Source: Candidatus Saccharimonadota bacterium (GTDB lineage: Bacteria > Bacteroidota > Bacteroidia > Cytophagales > Amoebophilaceae). Taken from it: 32,000 nucleotides of DNA. How positions within the stretch are numbered: the stretch's first letter is position 1; each line of letters opens with the position of its first letter. The position numbers and the translations under genes were made by a program. The DNA lies in the NCBI RefSeq assembly GCF_965196625.1, contig NZ_OZ239769.1, forward strand, positions 1-32,000, written 5' to 3'. Below are positions 9,301 through 16,499 of the stretch, piece after piece. The notes under the pieces are model-generated. The model had not been told where the DNA came from and searched no databases. It saw only the letters and a program-made list of their open reading frames with translations.

Positions 9301-9945
9301 CCCCTGTAGCATAGGCAGGATCTCTGAAACGGGTTTATCTACTTTTAGAAACATAAGCCAAGCCAAAAGAGGAATAATAATAGCAAAAGTTATAAATTGA
9401 AATACATCTGTAAAGGTAACGGCACGAATCCGCCCAAATGTGGAATAAAAAATAAGCAGTAAAGTAGCCACAATAGGCATTATATAGGGGTTTGTTATCT
9501 TCAAACATATGCCAATAGCCTGAGACATTACACTGATTTGCATGGTAATAATAAGGACCGTGCTACAAATACCAACCAACGCAGTTACCATTCTTGGATA
9601 CCTACCATAAATATTACCGATCGTCTCTGCTATAGAAAAGTGCTGCATAAATGGCTCCATACGCAAAGCCAATCGACCAACTATCCACAAACCAAAGGAA
9701 GATAAAAACATAATAACAATCCACCATAAGCCAATACAATGGACACACTCTACATTGCGCACTAGCCCTCCACCTCCATACACCGTAGCCAATACAGTGA
9801 AGACCAGGGTAGCAGTAGCAAACTGTTTATTACCTACCGCATATTCTCGAAAAGAAGTTTTTTTTCTACTAAAACAGATGCCTACGAGCAAGGTAAATAC
9901 CAAAAAAACAGCCACTATACATAGGGACATATCAAAATATATCAT
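6363..9945 (-). pseudogene. SSS-transporter / degenerate histidine-kinase-like / degenerate RelA-SpoT HD-like fusion protein, copy 1. Split into three ORFs by an in-frame TAG and a +1 frameshift.
   Basis: ORFs 7717-9945, 6730-7689 and 6363-6800 are colinear with the continuous reading frame of the paralog at 29612-32000. TAG at 7717-7719 stands where the paralog has CAA. The frame change falls in the G5 run (C5 on the coding strand) at 6755-6759. N-terminus FREYAVGNKQFATATLVFTVLATVYGGGG is sodium:solute symporter-like. C-terminus IKLAERLYDLRH and AQETLSIDVKLANEYLG resembles the RSH hydrolase domain. Confidence 0.8.
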
Positions 9946-10042
9946 AAAACAAGCTGTTCAGTTAATGAAAGATTACAAAACACTTATGTTGCTAACGCCA
10001 ATTTTTATACTAAGAAATTTTTGATTAAAAAAAAATAAAGAA

Positions 10043-10076
10043 AGGCTTTTCCTGATTTTTGATTAAAAAAAAGCCT
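10043..10076 (-). terminator. Probable intrinsic terminator downstream of the rlmB-like gene
   Basis: aggctttt (10043-10050) pairs with aaaagcct (10069-10076). On the minus-strand transcript the hairpin is followed by a T-rich tract, the complement of 10022-10042. Confidence 0.4.
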
Positions 10077-10126
10077 ATATATATTTTTTTAACTGACAAT
10101 CAAGTATATGTAGATATAAATTGGTA

Positions 10127-10891
10127 TTATGCAAAGCGTTGCCGCAATACTTCATAAAGTATGATGCCAGTTGCCACGGATACATTTAAGGAAGCAATAG
10201 GGCCTTGCATAGGAATGCCAATATGGTGGGTAGCTAGCCTGAGATGTTTTACAGCGATACCTACATCTTCTCCACCTAAAATAAGTACAATAGGCAGTTT
10301 TAAATCTATCGTATATATAGATGCTGAAGCCTGTGCATGACAGGCCAATAGCATCAATCCACTTTCTTGCAAATAACGTAGCGCTTTGCCTAAGTCAGCT
10401 ACGCGGCAAATGGGCAATGTTGCGAGGGCACCTGCTGAGGTTTTCATAGCGGCACCAGCTAACGCAACACTGCGTTGTGTAGGCAATACCAATGCATCCA
10501 CACCCATACAAAGCGCGGTACGCGCAATGGCCCCTATGTTGTGCACATCTGTTACGCCATCCAATGCGATGATTAAAGGCGCTTTTCCTTTTTCAAAAGT
10601 GGTTTGCACCACAAGATCCAACGGGGTAAAAAGAATAGGTGATAAAACAGCTACAACACCTTGATGGTTGCCACGCACGATACGATCCAACTTTTCAATG
10701 GGCACATAACTAAAGGGAATTTCATGTTTACAGACCAGCTCGTATAATGCCTTTGCATGGGCTGTTTTAATTTTTTTTTGAAAAAAAACTTTCTCAATGG
10801 TTCTGCCGGCCCGTATGGTCTCTATAACAGCCCTGCAGCCAAAAATTAAACTTAACGGAGCAGCAGGCCCTTTTTCAGGAAAGGAAGACAT
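10127..10891 (-). CDS. rlmB: SpoU/TrmH-family RNA 2'-O-methyltransferase, RlmB-like (23S rRNA Gm2251 type)
   Basis: N-terminal substrate-binding region (FGCRAVIETIRAGRTIEKVFF..HQGVVAV). SpoU motifs LDGVTDVHNIGAIARTA, ILGGEDVGI and IPMQGPIASLNVSVATGIILYE. 254 aa. Confidence 0.85.
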   Translation of the reverse strand: MSSFPEKGPAAPLSLIFGCRAVIETIRAGRTIEKVFFQKKIKTAHAKALYELVCKHEIPFSYVPIEKLDRIVRGNHQGVVAVLSPILFTPLDLVVQTTFEKGKAPLIIALDGVTDVHNIGAIARTALCMGVDALVLPTQRSVALAGAAMKTSAGALATLPICRVADLGKALRYLQESGLMLLACHAQASASIYTIDLKLPIVLILGGEDVGIAVKHLRLATHHIGIPMQGPIASLNVSVATGIILYEVLRQRFA

Positions 10892-10958
10892 GATCGCAAA
10901 GGAATTTGTAGGCTACCTTTTGCTTGATTCATTAGCAAAAAAAGTAAAAAAGGGAAAG

Positions 10959-11031
<73 letters not shown>

Positions 11032-11150
11032 ATAAAGCTTTAACCATCAAGAGAATAACCTATCTGCAATAGGTAAATTGCTTTTACACAACCACTTGAA
11101 CTATTACAAGTTTATATATTTTTTTGTAACATTGCAAATATATTATTCTT

Positions 11151-12056
11151 ATGCATCAAGATCAAAACGATTATAGGTCTGGTTTTGTAGCCATTATTGG
11201 CAAACCGAATGCGGGCAAATCGACCTTAATGAATGTATTGGTAAATGAACAACTGGCCATTACCCATTCAAAAGCACAAACGACACGCCATAAACTTTAT
11301 GGGATTGTTTCTGCAAAAAATTTTCAAATTATTTACATAGATACACCAGGCCTTATTACACCTGCTTATCCCTTACAAACGGCTATGATGGAAGCGGTAA
11401 AAGTGGCGCGTGCAGATGCGGATCTGGTCATCTGGCTTGTGGATGTCAAAGCGCTAGAGCCGATTCCATGGCTTGATGAAAACTGCGTTAAAAAACCAAT
11501 GCTATTGGTACTGAATAAGGTAGACCTCATCACGGCCAACCAGCTCAATACAACAATCGCCTATTGGAGCCACCACCTCCCAGGCATACCCATTGTACCT
11601 ATATCAGCGATAAAAAATGAAAATATCGATCAACTCATTGAACAAATTGTTGAATCCCTGCCAAACCATCCGCCTTATTATCCAGAGGAAACCTTAACGG
11701 ACAAACCAGAACGTTTTTTTGTACAGGAGCTTATACGTGAGAAAATCTTAGGCCAATACCATCAAGAAATACCCTATAGTGTAGAAGTGGTAGTAGATGA
11801 TTTTAAGGAAATGGAAAACTTGATTAAAATTCGCTCGATTATACATGTAGAGCGACAAACCCAAAAGGGGATTATCATCGGCCAAAAAGGAGAGGCGTTA
11901 AAAAAGTTAGGCATAGATGCACGGGAGGCATTAGAAAAGTTTTTCCAGAAGAAAATATTCCTAGCACAACATGTTAAGGTCACGCCAAACTGGCGCAAAA
12001 ATGGATTGTTGCTCACCAGGTTTGGCTATCCAGCTACTCCAAAAAAGAAAGATTAG
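11151..12056 (+). CDS. era: GTPase Era
   Basis: G1 GKPNAGKST, G3 DTPG, G4 NKVD, and a C-terminal KH domain (VVVDDFKE...IIGQKGEALKKLG). 301 aa, TAG stop. Confidence 0.95.
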   Translation: MHQDQNDYRSGFVAIIGKPNAGKSTLMNVLVNEQLAITHSKAQTTRHKLYGIVSAKNFQIIYIDTPGLITPAYPLQTAMMEAVKVARADADLVIWLVDVKALEPIPWLDENCVKKPMLLVLNKVDLITANQLNTTIAYWSHHLPGIPIVPISAIKNENIDQLIEQIVESLPNHPPYYPEETLTDKPERFFVQELIREKILGQYHQEIPYSVEVVVDDFKEMENLIKIRSIIHVERQTQKGIIIGQKGEALKKLGIDAREALEKFFQKKIFLAQHVKVTPNWRKNGLLLTRFGYPATPKKKD

Positions 12057-12301
12057 ACACATCTACTCTAAATAGTGACAAAAAAGATCGTCAGCATACT
12101 CCATCGCCCATTGGCCGCCGATAAAAGTTGGCGCCATAAAAGCAACTGCCCATTCCAATAGACTTCATTTTGAAATGCGCTTATGCCCTGGAATTTATAG
12201 GAGAAACGGCGCGCAAAACCGCAGCATACTAAATGTACGTGAGGATTTAAGCACCGGTTCGACAAGCAAATTACCAGCAGAAGTAGCATTTCAAGAGAAG
12301 T

Positions 12302-12532
12302 CTACAGTAGTGGATCATACCCACTACTACCCCAAGGACCGCAACGGAGCAGCCTACGCAAAGTAAGCAAGACGCCCTTTCGAATGCCATACTTGGCAAA
12401 AGCTGCTCTTGCATAATGCGAACAACTGGGTTGAAAACGACATACAGGAGGGAGTAAAGGGGCCATGCAATGCTGATAAATGCCAATCGCAAAGCAACAA
12501 AAACGCCTAAAGAATTGGACGTACGTGTTCAT
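12302..12532 (-). CDS. yidD: Membrane protein insertion efficiency factor YidD
   Basis: Signature CRFQPSCSHYARAAFAKYGIRKGVLLTLRRLLRCGPWGSSGYDP. I prefer the ATG at 12532 (MNTYVQFF..., 76 aa) over the ATG at 12592 used by the track; the extra 20 codons do not look like YidD. Confidence 0.85.
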   Translation of the reverse strand: MNTYVQFFRRFCCFAIGIYQHCMAPLLPPVCRFQPSCSHYARAAFAKYGIRKGVLLTLRRLLRCGPWGSSGYDPLL

Positions 12533-12814
12533 AACATTAGTCAAAAAAGGATTTTTGTTACACTTTTTGTTTCTCGTCGTACGTTTTGGCATAGCTGCGC
12601 CATACAGTTGAATGGATACTTATTTGCTTTTTCTGCACAAAATGCATAAACTTACTGATCTGTTCTATGCTAATATAGACAGATGTTATAGATAGTGCAG
12701 CATGCTAAAGCGAGAGGCAACTGGTATGCCTTATGCTTTAATAGTCATCTGCATGCATTCTATAAAAGTTGTTTGAATCCTTAATTAAATTTAAATTTAA
12801 TATAATAAATAAAT

Positions 12815-13024
12815 ATGATATATACAAATTCAGCACTTATTCGTTCAATTATTGCGGGATCTTTCTTATTTAGTACTGTAGCATGCGGCAATAGCGGTGC
12901 AAACGGTATAAAGGTGTTTGAAAATGAAAAAGACAGAAAAAAATTCGTAGAAGAAGGATTAAAAAAAGCAGACGAAGTAATAGAAAAACTAAAAAAAATA
13001 GACAAAGAGAGGAGCCAAAAGTAG
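12815..13024 (+). CDS. Small hypothetical protein, probable lipoprotein (69 aa)
   Basis: Leader MIYTNSALIRSIIAGSFLFSTVAC with a Cys after the hydrophobic core, followed by a Lys/Glu-rich helix. More protein-like than the low-complexity antisense ORF 12781-13071. Confidence 0.45.
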   Translation: MIYTNSALIRSIIAGSFLFSTVACGNSGANGIKVFENEKDRKKFVEEGLKKADEVIEKLKKIDKERSQK

Positions 13025-13138
13025 CAAAATAGATTTGTCTTTTTTATTAAAAAGTTATAGACTCTGTTCAAACCAGTAGCACAAAAGTATTCTCATCTTG
13101 CTTATTATCCTAATTAAGGGTCAAGATAAAAATCAAGC

Positions 13139-13189
13139 GCCTTGGAAAAATTTGCGTTTACAGTAGCTTTTTTCAAGGCACATTTTTTC
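13139..13189 (+). terminator. Possible terminator hairpin with downstream T-run
   Basis: gccttggaaaaa (13139-13150) against ttttttcaaggc (13168-13179) with one bulge; T6 at 13184-13189. Confidence 0.3.
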
Positions 13190-13302
13190 GTAAGCGCAAA
13201 GAGACAAAAAGCGCTTTATGAATGGGTAGCACACCCAAAACACCTTAATGTGTATCCGATTTGGCTTTCTGGCAATGCGATCCCAAAAAAAGAAAAAAAC
13301 CA

Positions 13303-13977
13303 CTACCCAGCAGTGTGAATAAAAGTAAAGACCTTTTTACCCTCTTTCACAAACTCATTATGCCGCCTTATAGCATACCCAGTCTCTAGAATGCGAAAAT
13401 CTTTAATTTCACCCTTTTTCTTTTTAGCCTTTAAAGGATTGTCTAGTGATTCACTAACCCCTAGCTTACCGTCTATTCCTATAGAAATAATCAATATAGC
13501 GTCTTGAGCATTGATAGGATCTATAGCCAACCATTCTTCTAAAAAGGGCAACGGCAGACCAGCTTTCTTACCTTTATCTTCATCATAATAATGCTTGTAC
13601 TTCATGCCTTCTTTGATCGTTTTAGAAAACTTTTCCTCCGTTATACTGCCATAAAAATTAGGCGTTAAGACCACGTTAATGGTTTCTGAGTCCGTTTGTA
13701 CAATGTTTCCTGTAACATTTGCACCAAAACCATTTGGATTAAAACATTTTTGACGATCCGTAACATGAAAACGCAAAGCCTTTAAACCACATTTGGTAAT
13801 GATGCACTTACCTTTATCCAACTTATTCTCTAACTCATTCAACACATGCCATTCGGGATGAGGAGTTATATGTTTGACTTTATCAGAAGGGCAAGATCCA
13901 GCCCAGAATAGAGACAATGGAAGCATAGCAATGAAAAGCTTTTTCAAAGAAGAGAACCAATATAGAAAATAACGCAT
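13303..13977 (-). CDS. Hypothetical exported protein or lipoprotein
   Basis: The ORF track gives 13303-14076. The ATG at 13977 gives MRYFLYWFSSLKKLFIAMLPLSLFWAGSC, a signal peptide ending in Cys. I recognise no family with confidence. The C-terminal part (ILIISIGIDGKLGV...FRILETGYAIRRHNEFVKEGKKVFTFIHTA) only vaguely recalls Mth938/DUF498-like folds. Confidence 0.55.
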   Translation of the reverse strand: MRYFLYWFSSLKKLFIAMLPLSLFWAGSCPSDKVKHITPHPEWHVLNELENKLDKGKCIITKCGLKALRFHVTDRQKCFNPNGFGANVTGNIVQTDSETINVVLTPNFYGSITEEKFSKTIKEGMKYKHYYDEDKGKKAGLPLPFLEEWLAIDPINAQDAILIISIGIDGKLGVSESLDNPLKAKKKKGEIKDFRILETGYAIRRHNEFVKEGKKVFTFIHTAG

Positions 13978-14270
13978 GCGCAAAAATGAAATAGAGCCAT
14001 CCAGTATATAGCACCAACCCCAGTGCTTTTTCAAAGCTAAAAAAAATAAGCCAAATACAAAAATGATTAGAAACAACCACTACCAAACAGATTAGACAAA
14101 GCTATTGTATAATACAATTGAATGATTTGGATGATTACGCATATAATAGATAAACATTTATCTAACAGCAAAACAAAATCCCTGGTTTTTTAGAAAAAAA
14201 GACGTAATATTGTGGAGTATTGTTCTTTTTATCGCCAAAGACTTTCCTATAGCGATAGGTTTTCTTAAAG

Positions 14271-14344
14271 GGGCCCATAGCTCAGTCGGTTAGAGCATCT
14301 GACTCATAATCAGCAGGTCCCAGGTTCAAGTCCTGGTGGGCCCA
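14271..14344 (+). tRNA. tRNA with anticodon CAT: elongator tRNA-Met or lysidine-dependent tRNA-Ile2
   Basis: GGGCCCATAGCTCAGTCGGTTAGAGCATCTGACTCATAATCAGCAGGTCCCAGGTTCAAGTCCTGGTGGGCCCA. Perfect 7-bp acceptor stem, canonical D and T arms, CTCATAA anticodon loop, discriminator A, no encoded CCA. Confidence 0.9.
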
Positions 14345-14448
14345 CGTCATTTGCTTTATTGGAACAGTAGCTTATTGTAAGGCCTCGCTTGGGTCTTTTT
14401 TTTGTATGTATATATTGTAAGCCCTGAATAGCAGTCTCCTCTTAAATT

Positions 14449-15303
14449 GTGTTTTCCGATAGCCATAAGCATGCGCCCATTGCCATTTACGACAGTGGTA
14501 TAGGTGGTTTAGCCATTACTAAGGTAATCAAAACACTGTTGCCACAAGAATCGATCCATTACATCGGAGATACTAAAAACCTGCCTTATGGTGAAAAGAC
14601 ATCAATCGACTTGTGTGGTTACATCACACAAGTCGTAAGTTTTTGCTTAAGCAAAGGCTATAAGCTGCTCGTGATTGCTTGTAATACGGCCACTGCTGCG
14701 GCAGATGGGTTTTTATCCGCTTATCTTAAGCAGATAGGAGCAGAAATAGGCGTCATCAATGTCATTGACCCCATAACCACCTATATCCATTCCACCAACC
14801 GCTATAAGCAGATCGCCCTTATAGGCACAAAGTATACGGTGGAATCTAGCATCTATGCAACACGATTGCGCAAAACTGACCTAACGCTTACCTCTTTAGC
14901 CACTCCCCTATTGGTCCCTATGGTAGAAGCTTGTTTCAATGGCAGCAAAATAGATCACCTTTTATTAGGTTATTATTTAAATCAAATCGAAAATTTAGAT
15001 GCGCTGATCCCAGCTTGTACCCATTATATATTTTTAAAAAAAGCATTAAAAAATTTCTTAAAGGCCCGCTACGCAAAAGAGATTGAGGTGATAGATGCAG
15101 CAAAGCTTACCGCATTAGCCGTCAAACAGTTTCTAACTGCACATAATCTTTTAAACAACACACAAAAAAAACTGCCTGATTGTTTTATGGGAACTACAAT
15201 GACCCCATCCTTTACAAATGCCACTAAAAAGCTATTTGGTCAAATCCCTATAGCCATTAATCTAGCGGCCTATACTAAAGATCTTAAATTAATTTATTCA
15301 TAG
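14449..15303 (+). CDS. murI: Glutamate racemase MurI
   Basis: IAIYDSGIGGLAI, YIGDTKNLPYGEKT, and the catalytic Cys motifs IACNTATA and PACTHY. GTG start, 284 aa. Confidence 0.9.
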   Translation: MFSDSHKHAPIAIYDSGIGGLAITKVIKTLLPQESIHYIGDTKNLPYGEKTSIDLCGYITQVVSFCLSKGYKLLVIACNTATAAADGFLSAYLKQIGAEIGVINVIDPITTYIHSTNRYKQIALIGTKYTVESSIYATRLRKTDLTLTSLATPLLVPMVEACFNGSKIDHLLLGYYLNQIENLDALIPACTHYIFLKKALKNFLKARYAKEIEVIDAAKLTALAVKQFLTAHNLLNNTQKKLPDCFMGTTMTPSFTNATKKLFGQIPIAINLAAYTKDLKLIYS

Positions 15304-15319
15304 TATGATAGCGTTTGTA

Positions 15320-15349
15320 TTTGGTTTGATTTGATTTAATTTAATTTTG
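15320..15349 (+). promoter_or_regulatory. Possible Bacteroidota-type promoter (TTTG ... TAATTTTG) upstream of the hydrolase gene
   Basis: tttg at 15320-15323 and taattttg at 15342-15349. The spacer is 18 nt, one short of the usual 19-21. It lies about 55 nt upstream of the ATG at 15406. Confidence 0.3.
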
Positions 15350-15405
15350 TATTATTCGCTTATCCTCAAAGGATATTTAACAGCTTTTAACAACGCCATA
15401 ATCAA

Positions 15406-16476
15406 ATGTTTCCGTTTAATACTATTGCTATTTATCTAACTATTTTACTTTCTATTATTGGTTGTGAGTGTCGTAGACTATCTGAAATGCCTTTGATACA
15501 TGAAAAGTCAGATTCCGGTCCGCCACTCATCGTCTTGTTTCATGGATTGGGTTCGGATGCCGCTTGTTTTAGTATGCTGAAACAGAGACTTGAGCGAAGT
15601 TTCCCTGATGTTGATGTAATTGCTTTATCCAGTGTAAAGGAGAACAATAATACGTTCCTTCTTTCCATAAAAGAGCAAGCCAGCCAGTGCTTTCAGGACC
15701 TTTTAAAAGAGACAGATAACTTAAGAAACAGACCCACCCTATTAATAGGTCATAGCCAAGGTGGTCTTCGTGCTTATAAAATGCTTGACCTATACAGGAA
15801 CGAGTTAAATATAAAAGGCATCATTACCCTAGCAACACCATGGGAAGGCGCACCTGCCCTTAATCTAAATGATGCATGGGTTTCAGGACTTTTGGAACAT
15901 CCTGAATTCATAGAGGAAATGAAAGCCTTTTCTCGTGCCCTTGGTAAACATGATGATACTTATCTTGAAAATAAAATTAAATCAACCTTAGAATCATTCA
16001 AATCTGGAGATGGCACGCCTGGATTTGATGATTTAAAACCAGAAAGCGAGTTCTTAGCAAGGGTTAAAGCAGCCCTTTCTAGTGAAAGCATTCCTATACT
16101 AGCCATAGGCGGTGCACAAAGTGACTTTAGGGTTTTCCTAAGTAAGAAAAGAAATAATAACTTTAAACTATTGCGTAATATATGGACCCAATTCATAATG
16201 GCCAACACTGATCACCTCAAAAATGATGAAAACAAACGCCATGATATGGTTGTTCCGTTGTACAGCCAGCTTGCATCGAATTGCGTCTCTGAACAAAATA
16301 AAAATTTCGAAAGATACACTATTGACGATGCCATTCATGACGAAATTTTAGAGTTACCCTATAATAAAAAGTCTAGAAACATACTCGCGCATCCTGATAT
16401 GTTCAAAACGGTTGAAGAATTTGCTAAAAAGGTATTAGGCAAATGCCAACCAAACAATTCCGTAGATGCTGCTTAA
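15406..16476 (+). CDS. Alpha/beta-hydrolase, lipase/esterase-like with GHSQGG nucleophile elbow; probable lipoprotein
   Basis: Leader MFPFNTIAIYLTILLSIIGC with lipobox IIGC, an oxyanion-region VLFHGLGSD, a GxSxG motif LIGHSQGG, and late Asp/His candidates (DDAIHDE). 356 aa. Confidence 0.75.
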   Translation: MFPFNTIAIYLTILLSIIGCECRRLSEMPLIHEKSDSGPPLIVLFHGLGSDAACFSMLKQRLERSFPDVDVIALSSVKENNNTFLLSIKEQASQCFQDLLKETDNLRNRPTLLIGHSQGGLRAYKMLDLYRNELNIKGIITLATPWEGAPALNLNDAWVSGLLEHPEFIEEMKAFSRALGKHDDTYLENKIKSTLESFKSGDGTPGFDDLKPESEFLARVKAALSSESIPILAIGGAQSDFRVFLSKKRNNNFKLLRNIWTQFIMANTDHLKNDENKRHDMVVPLYSQLASNCVSEQNKNFERYTIDDAIHDEILELPYNKKSRNILAHPDMFKTVEEFAKKVLGKCQPNNSVDAA

Positions 16477-16499
16477 TCATAATAACAGCAGCCATAGCA

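Noticed and set aside
7171-10664. Plus-strand ORFs 7171-7398, 9755-10024 and 10386-10664
   Set aside because: They are antisense to the SSS-fusion pseudogene and to rlmB. The products are Ala/Thr/Pro-rich or low complexity, typical of antisense frames.
11075-11100. Short similarity (gcttttacacaacc) to the right end of the IS256-family element (gcatttacacaatt), considered as a solo IS terminus
   Set aside because: Only about 12 of 14 nt match and the similarity does not extend into the rest of the 28-nt inverted repeat, so it is most likely chance in AT-rich DNA.
11366-12016. Minus-strand ORFs 11366-11548 and 11774-12016
   Set aside because: They are antisense to the strongly supported era gene.
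12068-12492. Overlapping ORFs 12068-12289 (-), 12175-12366 (+) and 12271-12492 (-) around the yidD 3' end
   Set aside because: They exclude one another, have no recognisable motifs and an aromatic/Cys-rich composition, and 12271-12492 is an alternative frame of yidD itself. The 245-bp stretch 12057-12301 is best left as non-coding or decayed DNA.
12781-13071. 96-aa minus-strand ORF rich in F/S/I/N
   Set aside because: It is a low-complexity translation of an A/T-rich region. The opposite-strand 69-aa ORF, with a lipoprotein-like leader, is more credible, though still uncertain.
13883-14086. 67-aa ORF overlapping the 5' end of the 13303-14076 ORF
   Set aside because: It is an alternative frame across the same hydrophobic leader region, with no independent support.
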